DNA of 41,141 nucleotides from a bacterium (GTDB lineage Bacteria; Patescibacteriota; Minisyncoccia; UBA6257; GWB1-50-10): NCBI GenBank assembly GCA_021801565.1, contig JAJYXV010000009.1, positions 1 to 41,141 of the forward strand, read 5' to 3'. Shown piece by piece: positions 35,369 to 41,141 of this stretch (position 1 is its first letter; each line of letters starts with the position of its first letter). The notes under the pieces were generated by a model. It saw only the letters and a program-made list of their open reading frames with translations, ran no database searches and was not told where the DNA came from. The position numbers and the translations under genes were made by a program.

Positions 35369-36120
35369 ATACACAAATGAAAATTATTATTTCACTTCTT
35401 ATATTTTTTCTCGTTATCGTTGGAATTGTATTTTTTATCTCTCAAAAAAAGGAATCAACTATTTCTGAAAGGAATATACAGGCAATAAGCGAAATTCCTA
35501 CGACTTCAACGCCAATCGTGGGAGGAGATAAGGACGTGCATGGATGCATCGGATCCGCCGGATATACATGGTGCGAAGCAAAACAAAAATGCTTAAGGGT
35601 CTGGGAAGAAAAATGCGAAGCAACGAGCACTCAGATAAAAGTTGATGAGACGGTAAATTGGAAGACTTATAAAAATAACCAATATGGATTTGAATTGAAA
35701 TATCCAGAAACGGCCGCAGTGGTAGAAGGTAAGGAAACATATATATCATTTCCTTTGAGCGATGCAAAACTTTATATGTATGTTGGAAAAAATACATCGG
35801 TTCCGCTTATAGGGACATTTGGGGGACGTTTTGAATATAACCCGAACCAACGGCCGGATTTTATGTTGCTTTCAGAAATAGGGGGTACGTTTACTAAGGA
35901 TTATTTTGCAGTAAGTATGGACGGAAAAAATTGGGATCGGGTAATCAATGCATATAAAGAAAAAGATGGAAATTATTTTATACTTTCGATGTATAACATA
36001 AAACATAATGCGACAAGCGGAAACACTGCAAATATATTTTTGAATGAAATGCGCGATCCACAACATAGTGATGTGAATGTGTTTAATAAAATACTTTCAA
36101 CAATAAAATTTTATAAATAA
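35365..36120 (+). CDS. Membrane-anchored secreted protein with VGGDKDVHGCIGSAGYTWC mini-domain and PsbP-like C-terminus
   Basis: N-terminal TM, four-Cys motif and WKTYKN..YGFELKYP...FNKILSTIKF. Confidence 0.8.
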   Translation: MNTQMKIIISLLIFFLVIVGIVFFISQKKESTISERNIQAISEIPTTSTPIVGGDKDVHGCIGSAGYTWCEAKQKCLRVWEEKCEATSTQIKVDETVNWKTYKNNQYGFELKYPETAAVVEGKETYISFPLSDAKLYMYVGKNTSVPLIGTFGGRFEYNPNQRPDFMLLSEIGGTFTKDYFAVSMDGKNWDRVINAYKEKDGNYFILSMYNIKHNATSGNTANIFLNEMRDPQHSDVNVFNKILSTIKFYK

Positions 36121-36161
36121 AACAAAAATCCCGCTAAAAGCGGGATTTGTTTTAAATACTT

Positions 36162-36386
36162 TTATTTCTTTCTTATCCGTATAGGAACCACATGAATAAT
36201 GATGTTTGTACGGGATGCATATCGGGCGACTGTTTTTACCCTGATTGTTCCGCCGTTTTTCGTTCTCACCTCTATAGGTGTTCCCTTTGCGGGAATATAT
36301 TCGAATCGTTGAGGGGAGAGAATGTCAGGAAGATTCTGTCTTTGTTCTTTAGGAACAGAATCGGCCATACAAACGGATAGAATCAT
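36162..36386 (-). CDS. Small hypothetical protein
   Basis: SD gaggt and a TTGACT-17-TAAAGT promoter upstream on the minus strand; shares the bidirectional terminator at 36120-36152. Confidence 0.5.
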   Translation of the reverse strand: MILSVCMADSVPKEQRQNLPDILSPQRFEYIPAKGTPIEVRTKNGGTIRVKTVARYASRTNIIIHVVPIRIRKK

Positions 36387-36588
36387 TTATACCTCGTTTT
36401 TTTTAAAAAGAAGTGTTATGGGAAAAGACCGTTTAAAACTTTATACTATCCAACCAAAAAAGTCAATCAGATAGTGATCCACCCATTGGCGGATCACTAT
36501 CTAGTCAAATGTACGTTTTGGGAAATTATCCGTTATAATAGATATGCACATGAGAATGTGCAGTCGAAAAACAATAAATATATACATT

Positions 36589-37692
36589 ATGAAGACAATA
36601 AAAATAGTTTTTTTAATAATTATGGTGGTGTGTGTTGCAAACATCCCGTTTGCATTTGCACAAACCGAAGAGTCGAACAATAACCAAGAATCAACTTCTG
36701 GGATCCGAGCAGAATTTCAGGGCAATGTGGAGAATATTCGAGAGGGGGTGCGTGAGGGAGTAAAAGAAATGAGAGACAAGGCAAGAGAAGAGGTAAAAAA
36801 TGAACAAGAACAAATTCGTGAAAATGCAAAGGCCATACGTACCGAAACAGAAGACAAAACGGCAGAGGTTAAAGATAAAGTCCGTGAGCAAGTGCGGGAA
36901 ATAAAAGATACTATTCCAGATGCCGGGACAGTAGATCGGGAGGAATTTATAAAGGCGCGCGAAAAAGCGCTTGAAGAGGCAAAGAAAATTCAAGAAGAGG
37001 GTCGTGCTCAGGTGCAGGCACTTCGTGATGAAGAAATAAAAACAATTTTGGAAAATCGTGATGAGCTTCGTAAAAAAGTAGAATCAGAACGCGAGGAGTT
37101 CAAAAAAGAAATTGAGGCAAAACGTGCAGAAGCACAGCAGGAAGTTGAAAAGAAACAGGCTGAATTTCAAGGAGAACTTTCTAAGTTAAAAGATGAAAAG
37201 AAGAAAGAGATTGTAGCGCGTGTGTATGAAAATGTGAATGATTTAAATAAGCGAATGACTGATCATTTTTCCGACATTATTGAGCGTCTTGAGAAAATTC
37301 TCGTAAATGTGAATACGCGTGCAGATAAAGCAGCGGCGGGAGGAAAAGATGTGAGTGCGGTAAAAGCGGCAATAGGAGAAGCGCAAGCAACGATTGCTTC
37401 GACTCGCGCTTTGATACAAGCACAGTCGGGAAAGACATATCAAATAACCGTAACTACGGAAGATGCGCTGAAAAATGATGTTGCGGTTGCTCGGGATGCA
37501 TTGCGGACCGATCTCGAAAAGGTGAGAGATGCGGTAAAAAATGTACGTGATATAATACAGAAGGCAGTAACAACATTGGCGCAAATTCCACAAGTTGATC
37601 TTTTTGAAGCAAATGATGAGGAGACATCTTCACCAACGGCTACATCAACCGCTACGTCGACTGCCACTTCCACTGCGGGAAGTACACAATAA
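36589..37692 (+). CDS. Secreted long coiled-coil protein
   Basis: Signal peptide MKTIK...FAFA from ATG 36589; E/K/R-rich heptads; ATST repeat tail. Confidence 0.8.
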   Translation: MKTIKIVFLIIMVVCVANIPFAFAQTEESNNNQESTSGIRAEFQGNVENIREGVREGVKEMRDKAREEVKNEQEQIRENAKAIRTETEDKTAEVKDKVREQVREIKDTIPDAGTVDREEFIKAREKALEEAKKIQEEGRAQVQALRDEEIKTILENRDELRKKVESEREEFKKEIEAKRAEAQQEVEKKQAEFQGELSKLKDEKKKEIVARVYENVNDLNKRMTDHFSDIIERLEKILVNVNTRADKAAAGGKDVSAVKAAIGEAQATIASTRALIQAQSGKTYQITVTTEDALKNDVAVARDALRTDLEKVRDAVKNVRDIIQKAVTTLAQIPQVDLFEANDEETSSPTATSTATSTATSTAGSTQ

Positions 37693-37706
37693 TATTTTAG
37701 TTTTAT

Positions 37707-37997
37707 ATGGAACAAACAACACAACAACCATCGGCATCGTCTTCAAAAAGCAAAACCATTCTTATGGTGATTGCGCTTGTTATAATAATTCTTTTAGCGT
37801 TTCTCTGGTGGTGGCAGACGAACAGTGTAAAAACAAATACACAACCAACAGCAAATGTGCAAAATGGGGAGTTAACTACCACTACGGTACCGCTTGAAGA
37901 TACGACTCCGGTGATCAAACAAGATCTGCAGGGAATAAATGATGTAAATCTTGATAAGGAATTTCAAAGTATAAACGCTGATCTGAATAAACTTTAA
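37707..37997 (+). CDS. Small single-TM protein
   Basis: TM, Thr-rich linker and DL...LDKEF..I..DL helix. Confidence 0.7.
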   Translation: MEQTTQQPSASSSKSKTILMVIALVIIILLAFLWWWQTNSVKTNTQPTANVQNGELTTTTVPLEDTTPVIKQDLQGINDVNLDKEFQSINADLNKL

Positions 37998-38055
37998 AGA
38001 GACAAAGCATAAAAAAACCGGAATTTTGTTCCGGTTTTTTTGTTATAATAACGGG

Positions 38056-38640
38056 ATGAATACAATGTTTTTCACGGGAAACGGGGATAGTGGAAAAAGT
38101 GTAATGGGAAAAAAAAGTATTCCCAAAAGCGATTCACTATTCGTATTACTTGGCACGCTTGATGAATTAAACTCGTGGATCGGTTTTTGCTCTACGTGCG
38201 ATGCGGGAACATCGAAGTTTAATATTGAAGTAGAAAAAATTCTCCTCAGATTGCAAGAAACACTTTTCATTGCACAAGCCGAGATTGGGGCAATTGGATT
38301 CGGAATCCGCCTGACGGACGGGCAAGTAAAAAATCCGACCATTGCTATTGCCGAACATCATATTCGTGAGATGGAAAAGATAATCTTTGATATTGATGCT
38401 GTTGTTCCTCCGATCAAGCACTTTGTGCTCCCCGGGGGAACGATGTGTGCTGCGTCGCTTGATATCGCGCGAGTAGTTGCACGAAAAGCAGAGCGCATTG
38501 CGGTAAAATTTTCGAAAAAGAAGAAGCTTTCCCCGGAATTTTTACAATATTTAAATCGTCTTTCAAGCGTGTTATTCGCCCTCGCTCGATATGTGAATTT
38601 TATTTCTGGGAAAAATGAGAGAAATCCAAATTATAAATAG
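38056..38640 (+). CDS. ATP:cob(I)alamin adenosyltransferase, PduO type
   Basis: FTGNGDSG.S, GTLDELNS.IG, FVLPGG, R.VARKAER and YLNRLSS.LF.LAR; start at ATG 38056. Confidence 0.92.
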   Translation: MNTMFFTGNGDSGKSVMGKKSIPKSDSLFVLLGTLDELNSWIGFCSTCDAGTSKFNIEVEKILLRLQETLFIAQAEIGAIGFGIRLTDGQVKNPTIAIAEHHIREMEKIIFDIDAVVPPIKHFVLPGGTMCAASLDIARVVARKAERIAVKFSKKKKLSPEFLQYLNRLSSVLFALARYVNFISGKNERNPNYK

Positions 38641-38649
38641 GGAAGCAGG

Positions 38650-38771
38650 ATTTCTAATTACCAAACTCTAAATTCTAGATAAATTCAAACATTCAATTCT
38701 TCCATGTTTAGAAGATTTTGAATTTTGTGCTTTCCAATTGTTTCGTATTTAGATATTAGAATTTAGGGTTT
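38650..38771. repeat. Heptamer-repeat fold-back element
   Basis: Left arm of aattacc/aaactct/aaattct units; right arm of tttagat/attagaa/tttaggg units. Confidence 0.6.
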
Positions 38772-38785
38772 ATAATATAACTATG

Positions 38786-38935
38786 CCCCGTAGTGCCTGT
38801 CTGCGATAGGCAGGAAAACTCGATACGTCCGCTTATAGCGGACAAAAGATTTTTCATTTTAGGGTATAATGAGATAAATATAAACGTCGTCATATTTTTT
38901 AAACTTAATTAACAAATCAAGTTTCTACTAGGGGG
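38786..38935. mobile_element. Family-1 TIR element inserted at the start codon of the MgtC-family gene, with a nested 19-nt hairpin
   Basis: ccccgtagtg[cctgtctgcgataggcagg]aaaactcgat ... atcaagtttctactaggggg; TATG direct repeats at 38782-38785 and 38936-38939. Confidence 0.85.
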
Positions 38936-38936
38936 T

Positions 38937-39413
38937 ATGCTTACATTAGAACTAATGCTTATTCGGTTGGGTGTTGCAATTTTGCTTGGTGCAATTATCG
39001 GTCTTGAACGCGAACTCGCGGGGAAAGAAGCCGGAATTCGCACGGATATTATGGTTGCGGCTGGCGCGGCAATTTTTTCAATTATCGGTCTTGAACTTCC
39101 TTATATCGTTTCAAATACGTTTAATGTTCCAATAGGAATAGCGACGCAGGGGGGCGGGTTTCTTGCGGTACTCGCAAACGTAGTCGTAGGTGTCGGATTT
39201 TTAGGAGCGGGAATTATTATCAAACATGGAGTGCATGTGCTTGGACTTACGACAGCGGCAACTGTATGGCTCGTTGCGGCAATCGGAGTGCTTTGTGGAA
39301 TCGGACTTATAAATTTTGCAGTTATTTCGGCAATTGGACTTACTATATTACTCTCTGTGCTTCGGAGGCTTGATGTGGATGTTTTACAAAAGAGAAGGGA
39401 GCGGAATGAATAG
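38937..39413 (+). CDS. MgtC/SapB family membrane protein
   Basis: LGAIIGLERE....AGIRT, VVGVGFLGAGII and GLTTAATVW motifs. Confidence 0.92.
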   Translation: MLTLELMLIRLGVAILLGAIIGLERELAGKEAGIRTDIMVAAGAAIFSIIGLELPYIVSNTFNVPIGIATQGGGFLAVLANVVVGVGFLGAGIIIKHGVHVLGLTTAATVWLVAAIGVLCGIGLINFAVISAIGLTILLSVLRRLDVDVLQKRRERNE

Positions 39414-39457
39414 GGGTGTAGGGACATTGTTTTTTTAAAAAATATATAAATCATCTC

Positions 39458-39499
39458 ATACTAAAGTATTATGTGCGGCCGCACATGATACTTTAGTAT
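39458..39499. repeat. 42-bp spacer-less palindrome
   Basis: atactaaagtattatgtgcgg|ccgcacatgatactttagtat, one mismatch. Confidence 0.85.
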
Positions 39500-39624
39500 A
39501 GTGTGCGAAGTCTAAATTATTGTTAATTTTTTGATCTTATGTGAGTTTATAATAAAGAAAGGACCCCACAAAATGTGGGGCTTTTCGGCTGGTGTTGAAA
39601 CGTAGGTTGGGAGGGGTTAAAAAT

Positions 39625-40053
39625 TTATTTTGCAGGACGGGAATATAAAAAAGTCTTAATCGCTTCGCCGTGACGAGGAAGAAAATCTCCGTTTGCGATT
39701 GCAGCGAGCAATTCTCTTCCGTCCTTAGGAAAGAAGTGAAGTGATTCAATTTCTTTTCCGGGGAGGATGTTTTGTTTATCAATAAATGCTTTACAATAAA
39801 AAAACTGTTCCAAATGATTCTTTCCTTCGAGAATACATACTTCCACAAGATCCATTGGTTCAATCTCTATGGTTTCTGCACTTTCCTCGAGAATTTCTTT
39901 TGCAAGACGGAGCTTGGTATTTGGATCACCGCCTTCGATCCGTCCACCAAGGAGTTTTTTCTTTTTAGGAAATTTTCCCGTTTTTTCAATGCATGTTAAA
40001 AAATAACCAGGAATTTCAATCAGGCAAAATACCGCTGATACAATCTTTTCCAT
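39625..40053 (-). CDS. NUDIX-like hydrolase
   Basis: LLGGRIEGGD......LAKEILEES degenerate Nudix box; SD gagg. Confidence 0.7.
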   Translation of the reverse strand: MEKIVSAVFCLIEIPGYFLTCIEKTGKFPKKKKLLGGRIEGGDPNTKLRLAKEILEESAETIEIEPMDLVEVCILEGKNHLEQFFYCKAFIDKQNILPGKEIESLHFFPKDGRELLAAIANGDFLPRHGEAIKTFLYSRPAK

Positions 40054-40092
40054 TTTTACCTCTCTTCTTATGTTAATTATTATTCTGTTTTA

Positions 40093-40121
40093 ATTATACC
40101 ACCTTATTTATTATATGTCAA
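40093..40121 (-). promoter_or_regulatory. Consensus sigma70 promoter for the NUDIX gene
   Basis: Minus strand reads TTGACA-17 nt-TATAAT with an extended TG. Confidence 0.85.
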
Positions 40122-40163
40122 ATTCTGGAGAATTCAGAAAAATGAGCTTATAATGCAGTGAAA

Positions 40164-41141
40164 ATGACGAAAAAAGAGCCTATTTCTAAGAGAATATATC
40201 TTGATTATGCGGCGACGACTCCAGTAGATCCTGAGGTGTTTCATGCCATGAAGCCGTTTTTGGATGGAGACTCAAAATTCGGAAATCCAAATTCGCTCCA
40301 TTCATTTGGACAGGAGGCGTTAAAAATAATTGACGCGTCACGAGCGTCTATCGCAAAATCTATCGGAGCCGAATTCAACGAGATTATTTTTACTGGATCA
40401 GCAACAGAAGCAAATAACTTGGCCCTGCGGGGCGCGGTACGTCACGCACAGTTTCTTTTTGAGAAAAGCTCTCGCAGACATTCCGAGCTTGGCTTCTTTC
40501 TGAAGAATCGAGATGTCGAGAGCGCAGGTTGTCTTCGATCGCAGGAATTGAAGAACAACCGGTTTTCGAAAAAAGAAACTGTGCGTGGGTACCTGAATAA
40601 AAAATTAAAAATAATTATCTCTGCGATTGAACACGAATCAGTGTTTGAAACCGCAAAAGATCTCGAACGTGATGGAATAGAAATCGCAATTATTCCGGTA
40701 GATAAAAATGGATTTATTGATGTAAAGAAACTTGAAAGGGAATTAGATGAACGGACAATTTTGGTTTCAGTAATGTATGCAAATAATGAAATTGGAACCA
40801 TTCAACCAATCACTAAAATTTCTGAATTAGTTAGAAATTTTAGAAATTCCAAATTACAAAAACCAAATAACAAAAAAATTCCAAATTACAAAAACCAAAG
40901 AGAAAATGATTTAGGGCTTCGAAATTCGGATTTATTTGGAAATTGCCTGCCTGCCGGTAGGCATGGGAAATTGGAAATTGGAAATTATGAAACAGTGTAT
41001 CCATTGTTTCATACTGATGCTGTCCAGGCATTTCAATTCCTCGATTGTAATGTAAAAAAACTTGGGATTGATCTCATGACGCTCTCCGCACATAAGATAT
41101 ATGGGCCGAAGGGAGTCGGAATTCTTTATATAAAAAACCCA
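40164..41141 (+). CDS. iscS: Cysteine desulfurase (IscS/NifS class I), 5' part, with two in-frame insertions; runs off the window
   Basis: Manual translation is open to the window end: IYLDYAATTP, FGNPNSLH, FTGSATEANN, IEHESV, ANNEIGTIQP, FHTDAVQA and SAHKIYGPKG. Missing from the ORF track because there is no stop codon. Confidence 0.92.
   Translation, partial: MTKKEPISKRIYLDYAATTPVDPEVFHAMKPFLDGDSKFGNPNSLHSFGQEALKIIDASRASIAKSIGAEFNEIIFTGSATEANNLALRGAVRHAQFLFEKSSRRHSELGFFLKNRDVESAGCLRSQELKNNRFSKKETVRGYLNKKLKIIISAIEHESVFETAKDLERDGIEIAIIPVDKNGFIDVKKLERELDERTILVSVMYANNEIGTIQPITKISELVRNFRNSKLQKPNNKKIPNYKNQRENDLGLRNSDLFGNCLPAGRHGKLEIGNYETVYPLFHTDAVQAFQFLDCNVKKLGIDLMTLSAHKIYGPKGVGILYIKNP
40441..40589. 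mobile_element. In-frame palindromic element (family 4) inside iscS
   Basis: cacgcacagtttcttttt ... aaaaagaaactgtgcgtg arms enclosing two sub-hairpins. Confidence 0.8.
40844..40986. repeat. In-frame heptamer-repeat fold-back element inside iscS
   Basis: aaattcc/aaattac/aaaaacc/aaataac units on the left, ggaaatt units on the right, with nested cctgcctgccggtaggcatg. Confidence 0.75.

Noticed and set aside
29691-36386. Integron cassette array or prophage
   Set aside because: No integrase, no phage structural genes and no repeated attC with RYYYAAC/GTTRRRY ends; most genes have their own promoter and terminator.
40437-40592. GTAC as the target-site duplication of the iscS palindromic insert
   Set aside because: The two GTAC copies are 152 nt apart, so clean removal would shift the frame; the true boundaries are probably offset.
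40441-40986. Group I/II intron or intein in iscS
   Set aside because: The inserts are only ~150 nt, keep the frame open, and show no recognisable intron core or intein C...HN termini. RNA-level removal by another route is not excluded.
1-41141. Alternative genetic code (UGA = Gly/Trp, as in Gracilibacteria/Absconditabacteria)
   Set aside because: Conserved genes are full length under code 11, and pilC and ligA end at TGA at the expected positions.

Overview
A low-GC bacterial chromosomal segment whose gene content and style point to Patescibacteria/Parcubacteria (CPR; genetic code 11, since TGA is used as a stop). In order, it holds the 3' end of an IS3/IS481-type transposase, two large surface proteins and a divergent comF. 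A type IV pilus locus follows (pilM, N/O-like, pilB, pilT, pilC, major pilin, pilD, four minor pilins; no pilQ), then ligA-gatC-gatA and a sugar-phosphate nucleotidyltransferase. Six tRNAs are present (Asp, Met, fMet, Arg, Phe, His), plus a single-chain mitochondrial-type PheRS preceded by an unannotated Phe-rich leader peptide and attenuator. The rest is a Zn/Mn ABC pair, arfB, an accessory stretch after tRNA-His, a PduO-type adenosyltransferase, an MgtC-family gene and a truncated IscS-type cysteine desulfurase. The most striking signal is a layered set of tiny transposase-free mobile or structured elements. (1) A 15-bp-TIR element carries only a small GIY-YIG nuclease, sits on a host start codon and is translationally coupled to it; an empty relative sits on the pilC start. 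(2) A 20-bp-TIR family with 4-bp target duplications hits prepilin G|FT cleavage codons and a start codon and rebuilds a working N-terminus. (3) Repeated units of tRNA 3' end, inverted T-arm and shared cassette follow three different tRNAs. (4) GC-rich micro-hairpins of 18-30 nt nest inside the other repeats. (5) Palindromic insertions lie in frame inside iscS and gatA. All calls come from reading the sequence; no database searches were run.
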